Source: a virus
Taxonomy: Duplodnaviria > Caudoviricetes
Virus record (IMG/VR): IMGVR_UViG_3300011338_000370
Span: 1-44,133 of that record
Length of the DNA stretch: 44,133 nt
Strand: one strand, 5' to 3'
Shown: positions 16,201 to 25,424 of the stretch, piece by piece
Numbering within the stretch: position 1 is the first letter of the stretch
Layout: each line of letters begins with the position of its first letter
Made by a program: the position numbers and the translations under genes
Notes under the pieces: generated by a model
Seen by the model: the letters and a program-made list of their open reading frames with translations, nothing else
Database searches by the model: none
What the model was told of the DNA's origin: nothing

Positions 16201-19200
16201 CGCAGCAGGTCGTTCTCCAGCAGCTTGTCACGATCAGCTTGCAGCTGCTGCACTTCGGGGCTGGCCTTGTCCTTGATCTTGCGGATCTTCTGATCGATCT
16301 CCGACACCTGTTTGCGGACAGCCTTTGCCGCATCGTTGCGGGCTTGCGTCTGCTGCTTGTAGGCGTCCTTCACCTTCTTGCGAGCAGCGCGCATCTTTGC
16401 AACGTCCTTCGTCTGCTCTGCTGCGACGAGTTCGCTTTCGGCCGCTTGCACCGCAGGGCCGGTAGCTGCATCGGCAATGCGCTTTCGCTCTGCCTGGATG
16501 CGCTTGACCAACTCCTTGCGCTTCTGCACAAGGTCCGATGCCAGCTTCTTGTTCGTTTCGCGATCGGCACGGATCTCTGGAGTCTCCGAGGCGGCGTCAG
16601 CTTCCATTCGAAGCAACGTCATCTCGTGCTCAAGCTCAATGGCGATGATCTCTTCTCGGTGCTTGTTGTGCAGGGCTGCGCCAACGGCGTCCTGCATGTC
16701 CTGGTCGTCGTAGAACTCGCTGTATTCCGCAAGCATGCGATCGTCGGTGCGCTTCTGAACCACTTCGTCCATCGGCTTGACATCGACCATCGCACGGATC
16801 ATGTCGGATCCAGTGTTCCACCCGACCATCGGAGCGACCAGCGTTGGGCTCTGCCCGCGTTCGGACAACATGTGACCCAGCTTGCGTTCGATGGACGCTT
16901 CGTCGATCAAGCCTGGGATCTTCAACTCGGCCAGGATCTGCATCACTTCGCCACGGTTCAGCTTGCGGCTTTCTCCTGGCTCCAGGCCGGTTTCGCCCAT
17001 GTCCTCGCCTTGGTCGTTCAGCAAGACCCCGGTGCGGATCCAGTTGAGCAGCCGGTATTGAGGCAGCTTCGACACGGCATCGATCTCCTCCGTCTCGACC
17101 GCAGCACGGATCTCGGCAGCCTTCTCTTGCAGGTTGTCGAGCACGCGCATCGCAGTGCGTCCCAGCATCGCAATGATGCGAGCTTGTCTCTGCCCCAGCC
17201 GTTCTGCTGCTGCGTCGCGAGCACGCTGCTTTGCGTCTAGGTAGTTAGACCACTGTTCGGGAGTCATTCCAGAAGCCAGTGCCTGCTCCTCGCTCATGTA
17301 GATCGGCTGCATCTTGCGCGCAGCCTCCGTCTTCTGGATCTCCTGGTCCGAGGCCAGCATGCGGGACATGACCATCTGCACGTCGCCGGTCAGGATCGGA
17401 AGATCCTCGCCAAACTCCTGCTTGTAGGTCTCGTTCAGCTGCATGCGGATCACGTCGTAGACGCGCAGCAGGAACCGGCGGAACGTGGCAAACACACCGT
17501 CAAGCTCTTCGGTTGGAGCAACACCTTCGGAGAACCAGATCTCCCACGAGTAAGCAAACCGCTCGTGGTATTTGCGCTGACCTTCAAGCCCGAGCGCATT
17601 CCATTCTTCAATGCTCTTGATTCCGAACCAGTCGAGCAAAGCCTGCGCGTCACGCTTGTCGGCTTCGCTCGCGTCCGGCAACGCGGCATCGCGCATCAGC
17701 CACACCATGAACATGTGGCTCGACTCGTGCAGGAAGGTGCTCATGTCCGCCTTCTGCCGAAGCAGGATCATCATCTGATCCGAGAAGAACTCGCCACGAA
17801 CGTCCGTCCCTGGAGTTGGCCGAGCCGGGGTAACAGAGCGCAGCTGACGGAGCGACTCGCCACGCGTCATCGTCGGCGGTGCCATTTCCTGTTGCGGTTC
17901 CGCAGCAGGTGCAGCGGCCGGAGCAGGCTCAGGCTCGACAGCAGCCTTGTAGTCCTGCGTCGCATTCACCCGTTGCACGGGGAACGCGATACGCGTCGAA
18001 GCGTTTGCTCCTTCGCCAACTACCACCAACGGCCACTCTGCGACGTAGCCTTCCGCATTCTTGTCCTGCTGCTGTGCCCAATCGAAGTCGGCATTGAGCA
18101 CTACCGGGATGTGCGTGTAGCCAAGGCCAAGCAAAGCCACGGCTTCTTCCTTACCGGTGTGCCCCACGACCGTGCTCTCAGTCCCGCTTGTCTTGAGAGT
18201 CAGCGTCGGCACAGCAGCTTCCGAGCCCTTAGCTTCCAGCAGTTGCTTCAGTTCCTCGATGCGCGTCTCGTTGCCGCTCGCGCCGTCCATTGGATTCGAC
18301 ACGCCGAGGAAGTCCTCGATTCGCATCTGCACCATGTGCTCGTTGGCGTTGACCTTGGAAGTATCGGCGACAGGGAACAGCGCATCCGCTGCTCGGTCGC
18401 GCGCTCGGCTTTGCATGTCTGGAGTCACACCAGTGGTGTGCGCCCATTCCGGCAACAGGCCGGTCTTCTGCACCGAGAACTTTGTCTCGTCTACGCTGGC
18501 AACTCGATTGGCCTGCCCGCTCGGTCCAGAGTTCAGCAAGCTGTTCTGACCTCGCGTCTCCGTAGTGATCGCGCGCCGAGCAGGGCCAGTGTAGAACCGG
18601 ACGTGCGACTGCCACGCGTTCTCCTCGCCGTGCATGCGGAAGCCGGATCCTTCCATTGCGTGACCAAACGCGTCGTGCACCGCACGGAACACGTCGTTCA
18701 GCAAAACGGGCTGCTCTTCGCCTTTCAGCGAACCGCTCGGCCACCGAAGTCCGGTGTCCTCCAGCATCGGATTGTTGGCACGCTGCTGGTCCGTGATCGG
18801 CTCGTTGCCGTATCCGGCTTGCGTCGAGTAGACGCCCATCGTCCTCGTCGCGCGAAGGTCGCGCAGCGCGTTGAACCCGTTTGACGCGTATGGATCCGAA
18901 GCCGCGTCGAAGAACCAGAACCGGTAGCCGCTGTCGATCAGTGCTTGGTATTGCGCGAGCGTCTGCCGCTTGAGGTCTGCGTAGGCTTCGGCAACTTCGG
19001 GCACATTGGAGTCGTCAGACATCGCTTCGTAGGCATCAGCCAGACGACGCGACAACTCCTCGGACATCGCTACATAGTTGGACTGTCGTCGGATGACGAG
19101 GCCGGTGCGGGCGGCGTAGAGCTCGGCTGCTGCGACGATGCCCGGATCCGGTCCCTCGACGCCTGGGCGTTGTGGTGAATCTGCAAGCGGCGCAAGGTCT

Positions 19201-22200
19201 CCCCGTGGATCCCATCCTCCTCGGTTTCCTTCAAGGGCGGACTCAGCTGCGGCGAGTTCTCGCTCGTAGATGGCTCCTGCCTCGCGAACGAGATACTCGG
19301 CCCTCTGTTGAGGTAGTGATTCGGCGGCAACGGACGATGTCCCACGTAAACCATAGTCGGTTCCTTTCTCAAGACGCTTGCTGTAGACCGTCGACTTGCC
19401 GACGGTTAGGTTCGGAAGTGTAGCCCCGACAAGCGTAGCAAGCTGTTCGGCAGTTACACCAGTCCTTGCTACATCATCGGCAGACCAGACGATGTCCATG
19501 AACTCGCCGTCTGCGGTGAACCCCTGGATGAGGCTTTCGCGCGATTCGCTGCGGATGACGTCTCGCAGCAACGCGTAGATGCTGTTGGCGTCACCAGGGG
19601 TGAACCCAGCAGGGAGCTCAATCTGCACAAGGTTGGCCTGCTGCGTTCCCGCCATGGGATCGCGCGAAACCACCTGGACCGACTGCTGGTTCAGCAGTTC
19701 GCCCAAGATGCGTCCGGCAAGAATCGTCTGTTGCGGAGACGAAAGTGTGACGCGGAAGCTTGCGTTGACCTTGTCGTTGAACCCTCCAACAGTCTGCACG
19801 CTTTGCCCCAACGTGCCGACTTCCGTCAGCACGAGCGGCAGCACCTGCATCAGCACGCGATGCGATACCTCCGATCGCAGCCCTGCTGGCAACTTGTCCC
19901 ACCGTGCCGTGGCTTGCGCGTCTGCCGGATTCGGCGCGACTTCCACCGACAGCTGCGGAGGCGAAACGACGCCGCGATTCTTCCGAGTTTGCTCGACCTC
20001 TGCTGCGAGATCTCGCGAACGACCAACGTAGGTCGGGCCTTGGTCTGAGTTGTAGGGCGACCCTTCCCAAAACAGCGGGCGGAAGCCGGTTGTCTTGTCC
20101 TTCGTTTGGCCTTCGGCGAGTTCGATAATGCGCGCGCGAACCTGCTCCGGCGTTAGCTTGCCGGAAGCCGAGTCCCGCCACATGCCTTCCATCGCCACCA
20201 GCAGGTCGGTGTTGATGTTCTTGTCGTATTTCTTCTGCGCTTGCGCGAGGTTCTTCTCAGCTTCCAAGACAGCCGGGAGCTCCTCTTGCACGAGCTCTTT
20301 GAACTGGTCATCGGTCAGCTGATTCTTTTCGGCAACATCGCGTTGCTTCGCAGCCAACACCTCTTGTGCCTTCTTTATCAGCTGCGGCTGCTTTTCCAGC
20401 TGCGCTTCCAGCTTTGTGAGCACGTCGACATCCGCTTTGTTGTTGGCGACGACTTCTTGCTTCTTCGCAGTCGCTTTTTGAAGCGACTCGATCTTCTTCG
20501 GCTTCGCGTTTTCCTTCTGCGCTGTGGCAAGATCCTTCTTCAGTTGTGCCAACTGAATCTTGCTCTCGTCCAGTTTCTCGACACGTTCCTTCTGTTTGAC
20601 TTTCCGCTTGGCGATTTGCTTTGGAATGTCAGCAAGTTCAGCTTGAAGCTCTGCAATCTTGTTCGCAAACGGAATCAAACGAACCGCCAGCGGCCTGTCG
20701 GCAAAAGTCTTGCGCGCTTTGCGGATGACCTTTTCGGCAGAAGCAACCTTTCCTACCGTGTCCTTGAAGTCGGGGGTAAACAGAGACCGCACGCTTTCCC
20801 ACGTAATCGACTGCATCTCGCGAGGGAGAACGTTGATGTCCGGGTCTGCTCCGGCCCGCCGGTAAGCCTCGACAAAGATGGCATACAGACCGTTCATGCC
20901 GGTCTCTGCGCTCTTGCTGGCTCCGCCACCTCCCCACGCGTGCCCGACGTAATCGCTGCTGCTGGACAACGGAAGAAACAACGCTGCCGCAACAGCGTGC
21001 GTATCAATCGTTGCGTGGCCCAGCACGGAGTTGGGCGAAACGATGTTGTTGTAGAAGGACCGGACCTTGTGCTCGTTTCCGATTTGCTGCCACACGTTTG
21101 TGCGGCTGCCGTCGCGCAACAACGAGATCACCTTGGAAAGCGCGCCGTAGCTCTGCCATTGCATCTTGACCTGCCAATCAACACCAGTGCTTCCGCCCTC
21201 TGGCGTAAGGCGGAACACCTTGTTTGAGTTGTAGGTCTCGTCCCACATACGCATAAACATGGCAGCGGCACGGGCCTTCATCGGGTCGGCCATGAGCTCG
21301 CCAAGCGTGCTATTCCCGATCTGTGCCCAGATCCGCTTCTTCTCCTTAGGCGACATCCGTTCCGCCGGAGAAATGTCCTCTGCGTTCTCGTCGGTGTCGG
21401 CCTCACCGTTACGGAACTCGGCTTGCTTCTGCATCTCCGGCGTGACCCGCTGGTCGCGCAGCGTCGTCCACATGTCCAGCATGCGCTCTGCCATAGAAAC
21501 GTTCACGAACCAGTCCTTCTGCGGAGACAGCGCAGCGATGATCGCTGCTGCCTGCATCTCGCTGATGCCGTAGCGTTCCGACCACACAACAGCATACTTG
21601 CGCGCTCCGTCATACCACTGCCTAGACCTGTCGCGCAGTTCTTTCGGCATAGCGTGGTAAAGCGTCTTCAGGTTGTCCGCCATCCAGTTGACAAACTTTT
21701 CGATGACCGTGTCAGGGTCAGCACGCTCTGCTTCGGACAACGCACCAGCGACGAACGGGTAACTCAGGATGAGGTTGGCGTGCTTCTGCTTCGTGTCGGT
21801 GTGCGCCATCGCCACCTGGAAGTTGATGTTCAGCACATCCATCAACGAGTCTTCGGTGACCTTCTTGCCCGTTGGTCTACGGACAGACATCTCAGCAGAC
21901 TGCTCTGCGGTAAGTGGCGCGCGCGAACGCAGCGACTTCAGCGAGCGCAGTGGCTCCTCGACGTTGCGGATGTCCTGAGAAACCTTGTCGATCTCTTTCA
22001 GGAGTTTAGTGCCTTCGTCTCCGGCTAGTTTTTCGAGAGCATTCTTGGCGGCTGATGCAATCGCATTGAGCTGGTTGTTCAGTGCAGTAGCTGCTGCGCC
22101 AGCGGCTCGAATCTCTGATGGGCTTCCGCCATCCCATCGGACGTTGTCTTTTGCATCTTCGATATCCTCCAAAGCCATCGTCTCGTCTTGTGACGCGAAC

Positions 22201-25200
22201 AGCACAGCTTCCAGATCTTGTGCAGCTACCTGAGCTGTTCCCTTGTCGAGAGATTCAGAAACGCGCTTTGCCGCAAGTTCAGCAGCGGAAATCGATATTC
22301 CGTTGCTGTCGTCGATCATGTCAGGGTTGGAGGCCCACGCGTTCAAAGTGTCGATGACGCGGGACCACGCATCTGTTGCATACTTGCCGGTAGCCTTGAC
22401 AGCAGTCGTCGGCTTGTCGGATAGCAGGTTGTTCAGCTCCTCGCGCAGGTTGACGCGCTTCTCCAAGAGCATCTCCAGCTGGCTTTCGCTGTTGGCGATG
22501 ACCTCGACTTCCTTGGCGTCCATCCACTTTGCGGCGTCTTCGAGGTAGGCACGAAGCTGCGCTGCGCCTTGTGCAGCGGCAGCACGCTCTTGCTCTGACA
22601 ACGTCTCGTCCTTCGACTGCTTCTCCAGCAACGCCGCATCTTGCTCTGCCTGGGCCATCTCGTTGAGCACGGCATCGGCCATGTCCACGTCCGAGATCTC
22701 CGCCAACTTGGTCACGACGTCGATCTCTGCGCGCTCGGCTTTCTCCATGCGCGAGACAAGCCGCCGGTAGTTCTCGGCCTCCGCCTTGAACTCGTCGGTC
22801 TGCGACTTGCCGTCAGCATGCATAGTCGTCAGCTTGGTCCGGCTGATGGCTAGGTCGGCCTTGGCTTGCGCCATCTCCGCCTTGGCTTGCTGCATCTGCT
22901 CCGAAGGAAGCACCGCGCTCGGGGCCGGAGTCCCCGCAGGGATCTCCTCCGCAGGGATCTGGCCTGGAGTTGATTCCAAATTGGAAGCAACTTCCTCGAC
23001 CTTCTGCACGGACTCCTGCTGCTGTTCCGGCGTTGCCCCAGTCAGGATCGAAGGATCGACTGGCGCAGGCGTAGGGGCTGGAGTGGGGGCTGGGGCTGCT
23101 GGCGTTGGCATAGTCACCAACGGCATCCCTCTGGCTGCGGCTCCAGGCGCAATCGGAGCGGGGCTAGTAGGCGACACTGCCGATCGAGGCGCGCCAGCCT
23201 TTGGTGCCATCCCCGGGATCTGCGGGCGGACCGGTGGCGTCCCTGCTTGGCGGGCCAGCTGCTCTTCGGTTACGACTCGCGGATACTCCTTCGCAAAGAA
23301 GTCCCAAGGATCCATCTTGCGGCGAGATGCGCGGAACACGATGGCGCGCACCCACAGTTCCGCCTGCATGTTGACCTGCGCGGACGTGTAGCGACCCGTT
23401 GCGCGCAACTGTTCCGTGACAGCACGACGCACACGGGCGACAGGATCCTGCTTCTTTTCTCCGCCTGCACCGCCCTCCGTCTCAGCTTCAGCCTCGGCTT
23501 CCTCAGCCTTAGTGCGCATCCGTTCGGCCGCGTTGAACGCGTCGAGGGCTTCCTTGAGCGACAGTGGGTTCGGGTTGTCCTTAGTGGCGATGCGCAGATC
23601 CTGCTTCAGGATCTCGGCAAACTCAGTCTTGCCAAGGCCAGCAACGTATTCGCCGATCGTGATGACGATGTCGGTTCGGTCGTCATCTGCGTTGTCGAGT
23701 TGCTCGGCCAGCTTCGGGAACTTCTGACGGAATGCCTCGAAAGCAGACAGCGGTTGCACGCCTTTGCCTTCGGCGTTCGCCGTCTTCTCCATCGATGCGA
23801 TGTGCTGCCGCAATGCACCCGCTTCGATGAGGATCTCACCTTGCTCAGTGCTATCCGCTACAGCCTGCGACACTTCCTTTGCCAGCTGCGGATCGCGCGC
23901 GGACAACGGATCGATCTGCTTGCTGACGTGGTTGAGCGTCTCAATCTTGCGCCCGTTCTTGACGGCCTTCCGTGCGCGATTGATGTCGCCCATGGAGCCG
24001 ACAGCAGCCATGCCAAATGTCGGGATGACCATGCCCTGCATGGTGTAGGCAGCTACCTGGAACGTGCGCTCCCAATACGAACCAAGAGCTTCCTCGCCTT
24101 GCGCGATCGCCTCTTGGTATTCGGGTCGGCTCATCGCCTTCGAGACGACTTCCGCCAGCATTTGCATGTTCTCTTCAAACTCTTCCTCGCCCGTCTCGAA
24201 CGCGGCCGTCTTTGTGGCGTAGCTGGCAGCACGCTTGGCAATCTCCGTTGCCGTCATCGTCGTCAACTTCTTGGTGTATGCGCTACCGCCAAGGCGCGTC
24301 AGCCACTTCGGACCAAAGGTCTTTAGGGCAGCGCGACCAACAACAGGGGACACGAACTTGCCAAGGCCCAGTGCTTCTGGAAGCGCAGCAACCAAAGCCA
24401 CGCCACGCGCGGCGTCTGCCGCAGCTTGCGGGTCGTATCCAACGTCGAGCAGGTTCTGGAAGCTGTTGCCCTGGATCTGCCGGAAACCTTGCAGCGCGTT
24501 GCCCGCCATGAAGACGGACGTAGCGGCAGCAGCACCACCAACAGGAGTGGTGAAGACCGAACCTGCGACGAACGCACCGGCAGCTGAGATCGCAGGCCAG
24601 AACATCTGGTCGTAGAACTGGCGCGTGATCTCTGCGCCACCAGACCACATGCCGCTCGTCTGCGGCATCTTCTCCATCTGCGCTTGCAGTTCTTTGATCT
24701 TGGCTTCGCGCTCGTCGTCGAGCGTCACGCCGCTCCAGCTTTGAGCCAACTGCTCAGAGCGCAGTTCGCCAATCTGGTTTGCCAAGGCAGACCGAGACCA
24801 ACCGTTGGCCCAACGTTCATACCACCACAGCTTGTCGGTCACGTCCGACATGACCTTGGCCTTCTCGATGTCGGCCATGAACCGCGACAGAACCGGAGCC
24901 TGCTCGTAGATCTTCTGCGAGGCAGCCATCTCTTCCTGCGCATATTTCTCGAACACGCGCGGATCCGTGCGCACTTGATCGGTCGAGATGTTGAGTGCTG
25001 CGGCGATCGAGTTCGCGCGCGCCACTTCTTCGGGATCGGTGTCCAGGCTCTGCAACCAAGATTGCCTCGCTTGGTTTGCTGTCTCTTGCCGCTTGTTCTC
25101 CCTTGCCGCGTCGATGGCAGCGGACACCACAGGATCCCTTTGCGGACGACGACGGAACTCTGCGTCTTGGTATTGCTTCTCCATCGACGACGTCGCATTC

Positions 25201-25424
25201 CACAACGCGTCGAGCCTCGGGTCGTCGAACATCGGCAACGCAAAGCCGCGCTCTTGCATGGTCTGCAAGGCTTTGGCGCGAGCCTCGTCTGCCGTCATCC
25301 GTTGGATTGGTTCCTGCCCAACCGTTGGAGACATCGGTGGCAGCACTGGTGGCTGCGGACCGACGACGGGTGCAACGGGTTCTTGCGGATCCTGCGGGAT
25401 GAGTTCGTCCATGTTGGTGTTCAC
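13278..25424 (-). CDS. Giant multidomain ejection/internal virion protein (polyvalent-type), 4048 aa
   Basis: Last of three internal-protein genes after tail tubular B. Has N-terminal Gly/Ala hydrophobic helices, a Pro-rich linker, several enzymatic-looking modules and STFLHESSH (HExxH). Confidence 0.85.
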   Translation of the reverse strand: MNTNMDELIPQDPQEPVAPVVGPQPPVLPPMSPTVGQEPIQRMTADEARAKALQTMQERGFALPMFDDPRLDALWNATSSMEKQYQDAEFRRRPQRDPVVSAAIDAARENKRQETANQARQSWLQSLDTDPEEVARANSIAAALNISTDQVRTDPRVFEKYAQEEMAASQKIYEQAPVLSRFMADIEKAKVMSDVTDKLWWYERWANGWSRSALANQIGELRSEQLAQSWSGVTLDDEREAKIKELQAQMEKMPQTSGMWSGGAEITRQFYDQMFWPAISAAGAFVAGSVFTTPVGGAAAATSVFMAGNALQGFRQIQGNSFQNLLDVGYDPQAAADAARGVALVAALPEALGLGKFVSPVVGRAALKTFGPKWLTRLGGSAYTKKLTTMTATEIAKRAASYATKTAAFETGEEEFEENMQMLAEVVSKAMSRPEYQEAIAQGEEALGSYWERTFQVAAYTMQGMVIPTFGMAAVGSMGDINRARKAVKNGRKIETLNHVSKQIDPLSARDPQLAKEVSQAVADSTEQGEILIEAGALRQHIASMEKTANAEGKGVQPLSAFEAFRQKFPKLAEQLDNADDDRTDIVITIGEYVAGLGKTEFAEILKQDLRIATKDNPNPLSLKEALDAFNAAERMRTKAEEAEAEAETEGGAGGEKKQDPVARVRRAVTEQLRATGRYTSAQVNMQAELWVRAIVFRASRRKMDPWDFFAKEYPRVVTEEQLARQAGTPPVRPQIPGMAPKAGAPRSAVSPTSPAPIAPGAAARGMPLVTMPTPAAPAPTPAPTPAPVDPSILTGATPEQQQESVQKVEEVASNLESTPGQIPAEEIPAGTPAPSAVLPSEQMQQAKAEMAQAKADLAISRTKLTTMHADGKSQTDEFKAEAENYRRLVSRMEKAERAEIDVVTKLAEISDVDMADAVLNEMAQAEQDAALLEKQSKDETLSEQERAAAAQGAAQLRAYLEDAAKWMDAKEVEVIANSESQLEMLLEKRVNLREELNNLLSDKPTTAVKATGKYATDAWSRVIDTLNAWASNPDMIDDSNGISISAAELAAKRVSESLDKGTAQVAAQDLEAVLFASQDETMALEDIEDAKDNVRWDGGSPSEIRAAGAAATALNNQLNAIASAAKNALEKLAGDEGTKLLKEIDKVSQDIRNVEEPLRSLKSLRSRAPLTAEQSAEMSVRRPTGKKVTEDSLMDVLNINFQVAMAHTDTKQKHANLILSYPFVAGALSEAERADPDTVIEKFVNWMADNLKTLYHAMPKELRDRSRQWYDGARKYAVVWSERYGISEMQAAAIIAALSPQKDWFVNVSMAERMLDMWTTLRDQRVTPEMQKQAEFRNGEADTDENAEDISPAERMSPKEKKRIWAQIGNSTLGELMADPMKARAAAMFMRMWDETYNSNKVFRLTPEGGSTGVDWQVKMQWQSYGALSKVISLLRDGSRTNVWQQIGNEHKVRSFYNNIVSPNSVLGHATIDTHAVAAALFLPLSSSSDYVGHAWGGGGASKSAETGMNGLYAIFVEAYRRAGADPDINVLPREMQSITWESVRSLFTPDFKDTVGKVASAEKVIRKARKTFADRPLAVRLIPFANKIAELQAELADIPKQIAKRKVKQKERVEKLDESKIQLAQLKKDLATAQKENAKPKKIESLQKATAKKQEVVANNKADVDVLTKLEAQLEKQPQLIKKAQEVLAAKQRDVAEKNQLTDDQFKELVQEELPAVLEAEKNLAQAQKKYDKNINTDLLVAMEGMWRDSASGKLTPEQVRARIIELAEGQTKDKTTGFRPLFWEGSPYNSDQGPTYVGRSRDLAAEVEQTRKNRGVVSPPQLSVEVAPNPADAQATARWDKLPAGLRSEVSHRVLMQVLPLVLTEVGTLGQSVQTVGGFNDKVNASFRVTLSSPQQTILAGRILGELLNQQSVQVVSRDPMAGTQQANLVQIELPAGFTPGDANSIYALLRDVIRSESRESLIQGFTADGEFMDIVWSADDVARTGVTAEQLATLVGATLPNLTVGKSTVYSKRLEKGTDYGLRGTSSVAAESLPQQRAEYLVREAGAIYERELAAAESALEGNRGGWDPRGDLAPLADSPQRPGVEGPDPGIVAAAELYAARTGLVIRRQSNYVAMSEELSRRLADAYEAMSDDSNVPEVAEAYADLKRQTLAQYQALIDSGYRFWFFDAASDPYASNGFNALRDLRATRTMGVYSTQAGYGNEPITDQQRANNPMLEDTGLRWPSGSLKGEEQPVLLNDVFRAVHDAFGHAMEGSGFRMHGEENAWQSHVRFYTGPARRAITTETRGQNSLLNSGPSGQANRVASVDETKFSVQKTGLLPEWAHTTGVTPDMQSRARDRAADALFPVADTSKVNANEHMVQMRIEDFLGVSNPMDGASGNETRIEELKQLLEAKGSEAAVPTLTLKTSGTESTVVGHTGKEEAVALLGLGYTHIPVVLNADFDWAQQQDKNAEGYVAEWPLVVVGEGANASTRIAFPVQRVNATQDYKAAVEPEPAPAAAPAAEPQQEMAPPTMTRGESLRQLRSVTPARPTPGTDVRGEFFSDQMMILLRQKADMSTFLHESSHMFMVWLMRDAALPDASEADKRDAQALLDWFGIKSIEEWNALGLEGQRKYHERFAYSWEIWFSEGVAPTEELDGVFATFRRFLLRVYDVIRMQLNETYKQEFGEDLPILTGDVQMVMSRMLASDQEIQKTEAARKMQPIYMSEEQALASGMTPEQWSNYLDAKQRARDAAAERLGQRQARIIAMLGRTAMRVLDNLQEKAAEIRAAVETEEIDAVSKLPQYRLLNWIRTGVLLNDQGEDMGETGLEPGESRKLNRGEVMQILAELKIPGLIDEASIERKLGHMLSERGQSPTLVAPMVGWNTGSDMIRAMVDVKPMDEVVQKRTDDRMLAEYSEFYDDQDMQDAVGAALHNKHREEIIAIELEHEMTLLRMEADAASETPEIRADRETNKKLASDLVQKRKELVKRIQAERKRIADAATGPAVQAAESELVAAEQTKDVAKMRAARKKVKDAYKQQTQARNDAAKAVRKQVSEIDQKIRKIKDKASPEVQQLQADRDKLLENDLLRMLDEKRDLDNKIVEANRKASGVRTPIRTIVHAAHKAAEKMLAGRRVSDVSASKHARIAERARADAEDARRKNNIQAAVDAKTSELVHHAMVVLADKLHDTISGTKKLVRRIFAADTKLGERRMIEVVLMVRALASLYGLGPNSDVMTPEAVQAAVAEVRTFNPAMADEVENAVAQAAKIATERSQDAARRGEQGPLWKELTVDQFKDLSDTIETLWKYSLEAKRMEIEGQRMQAQDVANQLAEPLQTQSRKVAQDKWKRATSDTERKSRRLLTTWNKTKIVELWCEMIDGVDENGKPKDGPWTRLFYRPIQKAIDDWRWHSANMKERSNAIIKKFGNIKRWKEPLVAHELGGYEFASKAELLGAVLQSGNQSNLTRLLLGMRRADDRSKSWGSVNEDKSLNTDDWNAFIDRITAGDNPILTKADFAAVQELWDLNAEILPYTQRAWRAVFGIPFKQVNLEGISNRFGEWKGGYWPAKQDATKSPEAAQRDLEATLENEARVMHVQTPRGFGISRVEHEYRPLLLDVRLSGIHLSEALQFAYIQPHIKKVLQVLKQKNLGSALESFDPTILTSMITPYLNRVSQQTQSMGVDATSTGWIARWLRRRTGINQMFSHLANALQQVTGHAVTMTRVPVKYWARAFAMWWSGAAGEMAKNQEALSKFMFERRRNKLMELAGNLDEMLNDPNMFEKFREKVEKQAYWLQSLFQNQVDSIAWTAAFNHRMDQLRADTTMQQHEKVADAVAHADGIVRKTQGSLNPESISAMHNAGEWWKLVFQFQSYFLTLMHGNASLLKAIKRDIGWKSGSIRMLHVYIMGFLLPMVLGDAISKAATGDWEDDEDGDGIDDVWFEVFVNSQLRGAGAMVPVVGPVASTLANAFDDKPYNDRLLNVPALTAIEKSAKGANDLFEIFYEGRDVRGKDAKEWSWLFSMFTGLPTLWLAKPAEQLIDWNAGRSPVNATDAVRAMVFGGSWGGR

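Noticed and set aside
23060-23110. Short tandem repeats here and the CAG-rich run near 28350-28390
   Set aside because: These encode PAPT linkers and poly-Gln helices and have no separate DNA-level signal.
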